Source of the DNA: a virus | DNA: 40,441 nt | Reading direction: 5' to 3' (one strand) | Virus record (IMG/VR): IMGVR_UViG_3300040801_004386 | Coordinates: 1-40,441 of that record | Shown: positions 1 through 7,696 of the stretch, one piece after another | Position numbering within the stretch: the first letter of the stretch is position 1 | Layout of the letters: each line of letters opens with the position of its first letter | Made by a program: the position numbers and the translations under genes | Notes under the pieces: generated by a model | The model's database searches: none | What the model was told of the DNA's origin: nothing | The model's input: only the letters and a program-made list of their open reading frames with translations

Positions 1-117
1 GCAAGCGCTTCAGTTCCAATTGCAATTGTATTAACCACATCAGTTGCTGATCCTAATGCGTTTGTCCCTATTGCTATGGGAGAAGTACCATTTACCAGTG
101 AATCAAGAGCATTAAAC
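1..117. repeat. Terminal overlap copy A (identical to 40325-40441); circularisation signature
   Basis: Read base by base: 1-117 equals 40325-40441. The overlap lies inside a coding region and joins it in frame. Confidence 0.95.
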
Positions 118-1169
118 CCAATTGCAATTGCCCGATTAGAGGCGCTGTCGACGGTTAATGCATTGGTTCCTATTGCGACGTTGTCGGAACCAGTAGTATT
201 TGACCCAAGTGCCTGAAATCCTGCCGCTACGTTCTTCGACCCTGTGGTCGTTAAAGCGCAGCATCCAGGCCCTATTGCAACGTTATAATCACCAGTAGTC
301 AATGAAGCAAGGTTGCCCGCTCCGACACCTACGGACCCTTGTGATGTTAATGTAAAATTTCCAGCACCAGATCCAAGAAAAGTATTGTCGGTGCCGTAAT
401 TATGCATAAACCTTGTGCCGCCCGTACACTCAACTCCTGTACACGTGCCTCCTAAATAAATTACGCCTTCATCTCCAGCTGCATTTGTGTTAGGCCAACG
501 AATTACCCGGTTCAAATTAACCCACATATCATCATTGAGCGCATTGGTATTGGTGTTTTCACCATCAACAAAATTAATGTTATTGTTTGCAGGAGTTGCA
601 GTGCCATTATCCGTTGTAATCGTTGAAATTACATCAGTGTCAAGATTTATTGTAACTGTATTTCCAGCACCCGTGGTATTGATAAACGCTCCGCCAAGCA
701 CATTCAAAACGCCCGCTGCAGGGGTTGCATTTCCGGCGTCAGTAGCGTATGTTGTCGCAACTGTTCCATCAGTCTCAATCCAGACTTGATTGTTTGCTGA
801 AACACCACGGGTTACAATTGGCGCTGTTCCCTTTACAAAGATCGTATCAGTTGCATCTGGACCAACTGGATTTGTTCCAGTATCAGCCGTAAGTGTTTCA
901 AGCGCACCTGCACCACCATAAAAGCGTATCCATGTAGCAATTTGATTTTCTTTAAGAACAAGCATCCATACTTCTGGATCAGTTGTAGCAGACGCTGCGC
1001 TCAAATCAATCCATATATCTCCGATAAACCAATTATCATAATCTTTTTTGGTAGGTGCGCGATTTACACGTACAACCTGAGCCGAGGCGTTCGTGTCGCA
1101 AGAGCCCAAATATGCCAACGGAAATCGCCCCGGCTTTCTTCTATTTTGCCTTTTTTTATATTGGGCCAT
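1..1169 (-). CDS. Tail fibre protein, N-terminal part. Full ORF = complement(1169..1) joined to complement(40324..39505), 662 aa
   Basis: ATG at 1169. My translation begins MAQYKKRQNRRKPG...RAPTKKDYDNWFIGDIWIDL and continues with no stop down to base 1. The frame matches the 39505-40362 ORF through the overlap (1169-38 is divisible by 3). Contains NxAIGxxAL-type repeats. Confidence 0.8.
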   Translation of the reverse strand, partial: MAQYKKRQNRRKPGRFPLAYLGSCDTNASAQVVRVNRAPTKKDYDNWFIGDIWIDLSAASATTDPEVWMLVLKENQIATWIRFYGGAGALETLTADTGTNPVGPDATDTIFVKGTAPIVTRGVSANNQVWIETDGTVATTYATDAGNATPAAGVLNVLGGAFINTTGAGNTVTINLDTDVISTITTDNGTATPANNNINFVDGENTNTNALNDDMWVNLNRVIRWPNTNAAGDEGVIYLGGTCTGVECTGGTRFMHNYGTDNTFLGSGAGNFTLTSQGSVGVGAGNLASLTTGDYNVAIGPGCCALTTTGSKNVAAGFQALGSNTTGSDNVAIGTNALTVDSASNRAIAIGFNALDSLVNGTSPIAIGTNALGSATDVVNTIAIGTEAL

Positions 1170-1180
1170 TACTTATCCCT

Positions 1181-1477
1181 TTATTCTATGACGTTGGTGT
1201 TTCTCGCTTTACAATCTTTATAATTCGGTTGAGAGAAGACTAATTGAGCATACGCATCTGGATCTGTCGGAACACTTTCTACACCGTTTTCCGCAAGCTT
1301 CTTATCCCATTCAGCTTTGAGCCGCTTAAAACATCTTTCATATTTATGCTTTAAAACCCATTCTAAGCGCCGCTTCATGTCTTCTTCAAAAAGATCTGAA
1401 TCAACATCATTTTTAATCACTTTTTTCTGGATTTCACTCAACTCAAACAAATCAACATTATCAACTGATATTTTCAT
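1181..1477 (-). CDS. Hypothetical 98-aa helical, charged protein between two fibre genes (possible fibre assembly factor)
   Basis: ORF with AAGGAG SD upstream of the ATG at 1477. Tightly packed between fibre genes. Confidence 0.6.
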   Translation of the reverse strand: MKISVDNVDLFELSEIQKKVIKNDVDSDLFEEDMKRRLEWVLKHKYERCFKRLKAEWDKKLAENGVESVPTDPDAYAQLVFSQPNYKDCKARNTNVIE

Positions 1478-1486
1478 AAAATCTCC

Positions 1487-4063
1487 TTATGATAGTAAGG
1501 TTCCAGTAAATACATTTAGACCACCACCAGCATTTCCACCAATATCTACAGACTTTGCTCCATTGAGTACTACTACATTCACATACGCTGTGTCGCCAGA
1601 GCTCATATAGCCAGTGGTAGAAGCAGAATAAGTTAATGACCCCAGATCGGATCTTTCTGCGGCGGAGCTTGATATTCCAAACACAACTCCTACACTGCCG
1701 CCACTAATATTAAGTGAACATTGGCTGCGTGTATGAGTGGCAAGTAACCCTTCCAAAAAAATAGAAACTGTGAATAAGTATAAACCATCAACAGGCGCCG
1801 TGAATATCCCTGTTGATGTATCAAAGTCTGATCCAATATCGTATGATTCGGTGTCATAAACTATAGAATAGCTGCTACCATCACCAGTTACATTGAGTAT
1901 ATCAGAAGAAACATACGCTCTAAATCTTGGTTGTAGCGGATTCGTAACTTCGCCAGAATCCAAGGCCTGTATCACTGTTCCGCTTGCAGACGCGACTGTA
2001 AAATCTGCCGTTCCATACTGCAACGCTAGCTGAGATGCGCCATTGGTCGACCCAATAGTTGTTACTTTTGCTGCGGCGCCAGTTGCAATATTTACACTTG
2101 CTGCAGTGGCGTCATTAGACATATTAATTGTTGTTGCTGATGTTGTGCCAAGTTGTCCATTCGCATCAACCTGGACCACTTCCGTTGTTGCACCTGTTGC
2201 CGTTGATGTTATTCCAGCGATATAACATTTATTTTGCTGGCCATTTCCAGAGCCTTGCGTTCCAATCCTTGTTACATGTGACTCTGAAATTGTCCCCTGA
2301 TTCATCAGTGCGATATTTGATGATTCTGATGTTGTATACGCTGAACCAGCGGTATTACCAAGAAACAAATTATATGAACCAGTTGTTATGCTGCCCGAAT
2401 TGCTTCCGAGTGCGCTATTAAAATCACCAGAGGTTAACGATTTAAGAGAACCATTTCCAAATCCAGTATTTTCACGCCCACCCGTTATTATCGAGTCTGC
2501 CGCCTTAAAACCAAAAAATGTGTTGCCAGACGAACCTGCACCAAGTGCTAATGTTCCGCAATCTTCACCAAAGAATGTATTATTGTTGCTTGCACCTGCT
2601 GCAATTGATTGCGAATGGAATATAGTTTTGCTCGATTGAACGATTGTTCCTTGCGTTCCTCCAGCATTTGTTGCTGGCAAAGTCAAATTTCCAGCTACGA
2701 TATCAACATCACCTGTTGTTGCAGAGAACCCTGTTCCAGCTGTTACAGAACCAGAAACGGACGGACTACTAACAAGATCAACTGTGACAGTGCTTGCAGC
2801 AGCCGAAGTATTAATGTTTGAGCCACCAGCAATAGTAAACACAGCGCTACTTGCCTGCGCATCAGTCGGTCCATCTGCTCTTAGAATAAGATCATCAATT
2901 GTTTCTAGAGCTGCTTGAACTGTAGTATCTGCAGCGCTTAAAATATGATCAAAGTTAGTCGTTGTTGTTGTTATCAATGAAGCAACAGTTGACGCTCCAC
3001 CAGTAAAGACTGAACGGATTGTTTCTTTCTCGATGATTACTTCGGAAATACTACTTGATGACTCTTCAAATATTATGTATCCCAACTGGGTTAATTCTAA
3101 ACCAGCAAGCTCATTTGATATAACTGGAACACTGTCATTTGATATGGCTGTTTCTGCAAGTGTCTGGTTATTGTATTGTGCATCACCGATTACAGCAAAA
3201 TATACTGGAGTAGTTGAATTTAAATCATCTTTAGAAGCATAAAGGCGATACACACCATATTTATTTGCACCCAATGCAGTAACAGTTCCAGCATTGTTAT
3301 ATACACCAAGAAACGTATCATTTGAGTTATAGAGCGCCCATTTACCTGATCCATTCGTATAAACTTTATTCCACGTTTCAGCAACTCCACCACTATCAGA
3401 TATTGTAGTACGTAACCCATGATCAGATAAATAGTCAGTACCAACAATCTCAATCTTTTGAGTTCCATTAAGGGTGATATTTGCACCATTGTTCATATTC
3501 TCGATAATGGTTCCAAGTGCGCGATGTGTATACACTGAAACTGCTGGTTGGAAATCGTATGGATGATTTTCTTTAACAGTAAGTTGATTATTGGTTGGGG
3601 CTGTCGAATCTCTTAAGCATTCAAAGAGAACGATATTATCTTTATATAGAGATTCAGAAAATGTAGAAGTCTTTTGTATTGTTCCTGTCGAATCGATATA
3701 TATCCAATAAAGTGTTCCGGCCACAAGGCCTGTTACAGTTTGCGGGGCAGTCCAGGTTACTGGGTCTCCATAAATATATCCTGTGCCACTTTGCGATACT
3801 GTAAAACTTCCAAGCGTAGTATCGTCATAATATGGAGCACCTCCATCCCATGACTCAAATCCTGTTGCTGGCAAAATTACACCGTCATTAACATTCAGAG
3901 TTATAGAATTTGATCCAGGGGCGCCAACTGTATTTGCACCATTGCCACCAAGTATTGAAATATTACCAGCGGCATCTGGCGTAACTGCACCGCCAGTATC
4001 ACCAGTAAGAGATTCTACATCAGGATCTGTAGTTCTATTTAAATAGAATCCTGCTTTTGACAT
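1487..4063 (-). CDS. Tail fibre / receptor-binding protein (858 aa) with C-terminal C1q/TNF-like jelly-roll domain
   Basis: Long ORF with SD. Gly/Thr/Ser/Asn-rich fibre composition and the motif SLTGDTGGAVTPDAAGNISILGG. The last ~147 aa (FRAY..IVYDTESYDIGSDFDTSTGIFTAPVDGLYLFTV..SGDTAYVNV..VFTGTLL) match the C1q globular-head pattern. Confidence 0.8.
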   Translation of the reverse strand: MSKAGFYLNRTTDPDVESLTGDTGGAVTPDAAGNISILGGNGANTVGAPGSNSITLNVNDGVILPATGFESWDGGAPYYDDTTLGSFTVSQSGTGYIYGDPVTWTAPQTVTGLVAGTLYWIYIDSTGTIQKTSTFSESLYKDNIVLFECLRDSTAPTNNQLTVKENHPYDFQPAVSVYTHRALGTIIENMNNGANITLNGTQKIEIVGTDYLSDHGLRTTISDSGGVAETWNKVYTNGSGKWALYNSNDTFLGVYNNAGTVTALGANKYGVYRLYASKDDLNSTTPVYFAVIGDAQYNNQTLAETAISNDSVPVISNELAGLELTQLGYIIFEESSSSISEVIIEKETIRSVFTGGASTVASLITTTTTNFDHILSAADTTVQAALETIDDLILRADGPTDAQASSAVFTIAGGSNINTSAAASTVTVDLVSSPSVSGSVTAGTGFSATTGDVDIVAGNLTLPATNAGGTQGTIVQSSKTIFHSQSIAAGASNNNTFFGEDCGTLALGAGSSGNTFFGFKAADSIITGGRENTGFGNGSLKSLTSGDFNSALGSNSGSITTGSYNLFLGNTAGSAYTTSESSNIALMNQGTISESHVTRIGTQGSGNGQQNKCYIAGITSTATGATTEVVQVDANGQLGTTSATTINMSNDATAASVNIATGAAAKVTTIGSTNGASQLALQYGTADFTVASASGTVIQALDSGEVTNPLQPRFRAYVSSDILNVTGDGSSYSIVYDTESYDIGSDFDTSTGIFTAPVDGLYLFTVSIFLEGLLATHTRSQCSLNISGGSVGVVFGISSSAAERSDLGSLTYSASTTGYMSSGDTAYVNVVVLNGAKSVDIGGNAGGGLNVFTGTLLS

Positions 4064-4075
4064 ATCATATCCTTA

Positions 4076-4420
4076 TTAATAGGTGCTACTGCCATAAAAC
4101 ACAGTCAAATAAACAGATCCAGTTGTTGGTGTTACTACTTCTTTAGCATAAAAACGCGTACCTTCTGCAAAAAATAATCCACTTTGTTTGGATTTATTTG
4201 CAGTACAATCCAACATCATAAAACCACCAGCAGGAAGTGTAAGTTTGTCAGTAACTCCATCATCTGAAAACATAAGTTGCGAGTCAGTAAGATTTTGCAA
4301 AAATAGTATGCGAACAGGATGTGTGAAAGATGTTCCTATGCCAGCGTACGCTGCACCAATTCCACCAGCTGCTAACGAGCGGATCTCTTCAATTGCAATT
4401 CTACGCGCTCCAATAGACAT
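4076..4420 (-). CDS. Hypothetical 114-aa protein, paralog of the 4430-4762 product
   Basis: ORF with GGGAGAG SD. Shares the pattern AY.GI...R..F..N..D....S.DG..D......GT..Y....TG..Y with its neighbour. Confidence 0.65.
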   Translation of the reverse strand: MSIGARRIAIEEIRSLAAGGIGAAYAGIGTSFTHPVRILFLQNLTDSQLMFSDDGVTDKLTLPAGGFMMLDCTANKSKQSGLFFAEGTRFYAKEVVTPTTGSVYLTVFYGSSTY

Positions 4421-4429
4421 AATCTCTCC

Positions 4430-4762
4430 CTATACTACGTAATAACCGCTTATATAAATATTCCCAGTGCCCCCTTGGCCTGGGCCATGAAGATATATTT
4501 TTGTACCTACAGGCAACAATGCGACATGCGATCGTGGTTGTTTATTTGTTTGGAAGTTGATTTCAAGGCGGCCATCAGCAATAACCATGTCATGATCATC
4601 AATCCCATCATAACTAACCTTCACATCTTGATCTGAGTCATTAATGATTCGGATCAAAAAGATCGCTCTCGGAATACCATCATATGCTACGTCAAATCCA
4701 CCAGTAAGTGTTCCCGCATCAAAAGTTTCGAGTGGAATAGCAAAAACCCTATTTGTTGCCAT
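4430..4762 (-). CDS. Hypothetical 110-aa protein, paralog of the 4076-4420 product
   Basis: ORF in tandem with its paralog between fibre genes. Confidence 0.65.
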   Translation of the reverse strand: MATNRVFAIPLETFDAGTLTGGFDVAYDGIPRAIFLIRIINDSDQDVKVSYDGIDDHDMVIADGRLEINFQTNKQPRSHVALLPVGTKIYLHGPGQGGTGNIYISGYYVV

Positions 4763-4786
4763 CTGCTCTCCCTGGCATAAATATTA

Positions 4787-5008
4787 TTAGTTTTCTTCTT
4801 TTACTTCTTCTTTATCGCGTGCAGCTCGCTTTGATGCATCTTGAGCCATCTTTACAATCTCTTCAAGAATCTCATGTGCGCTGTCGTAACTTACGCCAAA
4901 TGGAGCTCCCATAGGCATAACAAACTCATATTTCAATAATGCTTCTTTACCATTGATTGTTGCTGTTTTTTCTACTTCTAATGACACTTTTCCAACTTGT
5001 TTGACCAT
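4787..5008 (-). CDS. Hypothetical 73-aa protein with acidic C-terminus
   Basis: ORF in the operon context downstream of the 752-aa fibre gene. Confidence 0.55.
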   Translation of the reverse strand: MVKQVGKVSLEVEKTATINGKEALLKYEFVMPMGAPFGVSYDSAHEILEEIVKMAQDASKRAARDKEEVKEEN

Positions 5009-5080
5009 ATTTTCCCTTTTTAGCAGGTTTGAGCAGATGACCTGCCCAAACCATACTATATTTCTTATCCGAGATACATA

Positions 5081-7339
5081 TTAATTCAACACCATCACCG
5101 AAATTAAAACATTGCCATTAAGCGCCTGCGTTCCGTTGTTAATTGTGTCTACTGTAAATGATCCAGCTCCTGGAGTTACACGTTGTACTTCAAGTTTTGC
5201 ATCATTAGCTCCAAGGTTTGAAATACTTACAAGAATCCCAGAGGTTGCACTGACCAATGTATTATTTATAGTGTATTGCTGGGTTGCTCCAGCTGCAGTC
5301 GTAAATCCGGTGAATGTATGCACTGACACGTTTGTATTAGACGTTGTAGCTGCTGCCGGAGAGGCTGCTGTTTGTGTATCTGGTGTGAAGTCAATTAATG
5401 CGCCTGAAGTAAATGTCACACCACCAGTTCCAGATTGAATTACCGTGTCGGATGTAGTATTCGTGCTACCCACGGTTGTCGTATGTGCAGTAGCTGAAGC
5501 ACCAACTGAACAGCCGCCAGTTCCGCAATCAACCGTGAATGCACTTGACCCAGTGGCTGAACCAATAGTTACATCATGGTCTGCCGCGTCAGCGCCAATC
5601 GATATATCACCCGTTCCAGTCGTTACCGTGAATGGTCCATTTGTGGCACCAAGAATGTAGCCGCCAGTACCAACTGCTCCCGTTGCACCACCGGCAGCGT
5701 CTGAAGCAGTCAATTGTATAGCGTCTGCTGCAGCTTCACCACTTGTAACAACAACTGCCCCAAGAGTTGACGCAAGAGTCAGATCTGCTGCACCAGTTAC
5801 CGTAAAGTTTGATGCAGCAGCACTGTCAATGGATATCAAATCAGTAGAATCAAGACGTATTCCACCAGTTCCTGCATCCATCACTATTCCGCCTGCGGCA
5901 TCTGACGCGTATAATCCAAGGGCAGTACCAACGCCTTCACCAGCATCGATAGAAATTGATCCAAGTGTAGACTCAAGACTTAAATCAAATGCACCGGTTA
6001 CTGTGAAATCAGAGTCACCTTCAGAATTAATTGAAACGGCATCTGTAGATGTGATAGCAGTTCCGCCTGTCCCTGAGTTGATTGCAACGCTTGTAGCACC
6101 TGTCACATTACCAATACTTACAGCGTGCGCTACCGCATCGGTACCAATCGATATATTGCCAGTTCCAGTTGTTAATGTGAATGGTCCATTTGTAGCGCCA
6201 AGAATGTAACCACCAGTTCCAACGGCACCAGTCACACCACCGGCAGCGTCTGACGCAGTCAATTGTATTGCATCTGCTACAGCTTCACCGCCATCAATTA
6301 TTACTGATCCAGCGCTTGAATCAAGAGTTAAATCAAATGCACCAGTTACCGTGAAGTTTGAATCAGATTGAGCATCAATTGAAATAGTGTCGTCCGAATC
6401 AAAAGTCATTCCACCAGTTGAACATGCAACCTCAATTCCACCGCCTATTGTACTTGCAGATATATAAATTGCATCAGCGGCCGCAGCTCCAGCATCTAAT
6501 CCTATGCCACCGGCATTTGAAGATATATCAATACTTGGGTTTACGGCACCAGTGGTTGTTCCTTGTTGTGAATAAATCGATACAGTCTCGTTAACACCAC
6601 CATTTGCATGCAAATAAATTGCTTCAACAGCATTAGTGTCTGACTCAATAGTAGCAGTTCCCGCTGTCTGTGTAATACCGGCATCACATGTTACCAGCCC
6701 GCTAAATGTTGGATTTGCAACAGTGTCAATTGATATGGTATTTGCTATTGCACCGCTTGTTTCGATATTTCCACCAACAACACCAAATACATTAACATTG
6801 CCACCACCATCTGGAACGGGGGTATTTGCATCATCCGTTGTATATTGAACTGCAGTACCACCCGGAGCAGATATAGTTATAGTTCCAGCACCATTAACAA
6901 TGCCGATACCAGCTCCTGCTGTAATCGTTGCAGCTACTGGAGGATTTCCTGTCGAACCAATTAAGATCTCTCCGTCAGCTAGCGCATTTGAAGTTACAAC
7001 GCCAGCCGCAGTATTTGTTAGGACTCCATCAGTTGTCATTGCACCAATTGTAACATTACCCGCAGTTACTGTAAGACCAGTTCCAGCAGTTATGGTCGTA
7101 GTTGAAGTTATAGAATCGAAAGTCCCTGATCCTGATCCGATGGCCAGCCATGATGCAGTTGCAGATGCAACTTCAAGCAAGACGTATGAATCATTACCAA
7201 CAGTATCAAGCCATAAAGTACCTGGTTGTGCGATATCTTTCGTAGTTGGTGCTCTACGCGCCGAAATTGGCAGAGGGCCAATTTCTTGTAAACCAGTAGG
7301 TGCATACACTAATCTTTGCTTAGATCTGTTTACAGCCAT
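5081..7339 (-). CDS. Tail fibre/spike-like structural protein (752 aa) with internal 183-aa tandem duplication
   Basis: Long ORF with AAGGAG SD. N-terminus ARRAPTTKDIAQPGTLWLD resembles the N-terminus of the 662-aa fibre. Gly/Thr/Ala-rich with repeated SNFTVTGAxDLxL...ASDAAGG units. Confidence 0.8.
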   Translation of the reverse strand: MAVNRSKQRLVYAPTGLQEIGPLPISARRAPTTKDIAQPGTLWLDTVGNDSYVLLEVASATASWLAIGSGSGTFDSITSTTTITAGTGLTVTAGNVTIGAMTTDGVLTNTAAGVVTSNALADGEILIGSTGNPPVAATITAGAGIGIVNGAGTITISAPGGTAVQYTTDDANTPVPDGGGNVNVFGVVGGNIETSGAIANTISIDTVANPTFSGLVTCDAGITQTAGTATIESDTNAVEAIYLHANGGVNETVSIYSQQGTTTGAVNPSIDISSNAGGIGLDAGAAAADAIYISASTIGGGIEVACSTGGMTFDSDDTISIDAQSDSNFTVTGAFDLTLDSSAGSVIIDGGEAVADAIQLTASDAAGGVTGAVGTGGYILGATNGPFTLTTGTGNISIGTDAVAHAVSIGNVTGATSVAINSGTGGTAITSTDAVSINSEGDSDFTVTGAFDLSLESTLGSISIDAGEGVGTALGLYASDAAGGIVMDAGTGGIRLDSTDLISIDSAAASNFTVTGAADLTLASTLGAVVVTSGEAAADAIQLTASDAAGGATGAVGTGGYILGATNGPFTVTTGTGDISIGADAADHDVTIGSATGSSAFTVDCGTGGCSVGASATAHTTTVGSTNTTSDTVIQSGTGGVTFTSGALIDFTPDTQTAASPAAATTSNTNVSVHTFTGFTTAAGATQQYTINNTLVSATSGILVSISNLGANDAKLEVQRVTPGAGSFTVDTINNGTQALNGNVLISVMVLN

Positions 7340-7377
7340 AATTCTCCTTGTTTGTAAAAATATTAATCTACTGACAT

Positions 7378-7431
7378 CCTAGACACGAAAAAAGACGATG
7401 CCCTAGACATTCTTTGAAAAAAGTCTAGACT
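7378..7431 (+). promoter_or_regulatory. Three CTAGAC-containing boxes (CCTAGACA, CCTAGACA, GTCTAGAC) upstream of the RHH gene; promoter and/or operator
   Basis: Boxes at 7378-7385, 7402-7409 and 7423-7430, spaced 24 and 22 bp. TAGACA-16 nt-TAGACT could serve as -35/-10 hexamers. Confidence 0.4.
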
Positions 7432-7449
7432 TTAGAAGAGGAGATAATT

Positions 7450-7620
7450 ATGGATACAAAATCACGGAAGAAATACGGCTTAAAACAGTTGAATATAGAA
7501 ATTCCTGAGTGTATACATATTGAAATAAAGAAGTCCGCAAAAGACAATGGGACCTCTTTAAAGACATGGATTATAAAAAGTCTTCTTGCGACTTTAAAGC
7601 ACACTAAGATGGAGAAATAA
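7450..7620 (+). CDS. Ribbon-helix-helix (Arc/CopG-like) DNA-binding protein, 56 aa
   Basis: Not in the ORF track (<60 aa). GGAG SD 6-7 nt upstream of the ATG. Sequence MDTKSRKKYGLKQLNIEIPECIHIEIKKSAKDNGTSLKTWIIKSLLATLKHTKMEK has a strand-helix-helix layout. Confidence 0.6.
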   Translation: MDTKSRKKYGLKQLNIEIPECIHIEIKKSAKDNGTSLKTWIIKSLLATLKHTKMEK

Positions 7621-7621
7621 A

Positions 7622-7693
7622 ATGTGTGAACTAATACTAATAATCATGGCATTAGCCGTTTCTGAAATAGTTTTACACTTGGCTGAAAACTAA
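7622..7693 (+). CDS. 23-aa hydrophobic peptide (MCELILIIMALAVSEIVLHLAEN) coupled to the RHH gene
   Basis: ATG lies 1 nt after the RHH stop. GGAG lies 7 nt upstream. The product is a single predicted membrane helix. Confidence 0.4.
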   Translation: MCELILIIMALAVSEIVLHLAEN

Positions 7694-7696
7694 AAG

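Noticed and set aside
487-1243. Plus-strand ORFs 487-789, 942-1223 and 1055-1243 from the track
   Set aside because: They lie antisense to the uninterrupted minus-strand fibre ORF (1169..1), have alternative starts and no SD, and their low-complexity products are typical of shadow frames.
2043-3489. Plus-strand and alternative-frame ORFs inside the 858-aa fibre gene (2043-2225, 2128-2421, 2388-2639, 2609-2821, 3033-3242, 3220-3489)
   Set aside because: These are shadow ORFs of a long, well-supported gene, with no independent translation signals.
5440-6540. Possibility that the near-identical repeats in the fibre gene are a DGR template/variable-repeat pair
   Set aside because: There is no reverse transcriptase anywhere in the genome. 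The mismatches between copies are a mix of substitution types rather than adenine-specific. Both copies are in frame within one gene.
5112-7382. Plus-strand ORFs inside the 752-aa fibre gene, two of which end in the same VNGPFVAPRM peptide
   Set aside because: The repeated ending simply reflects the 549-bp duplication read in the antisense frame; they are not genes.
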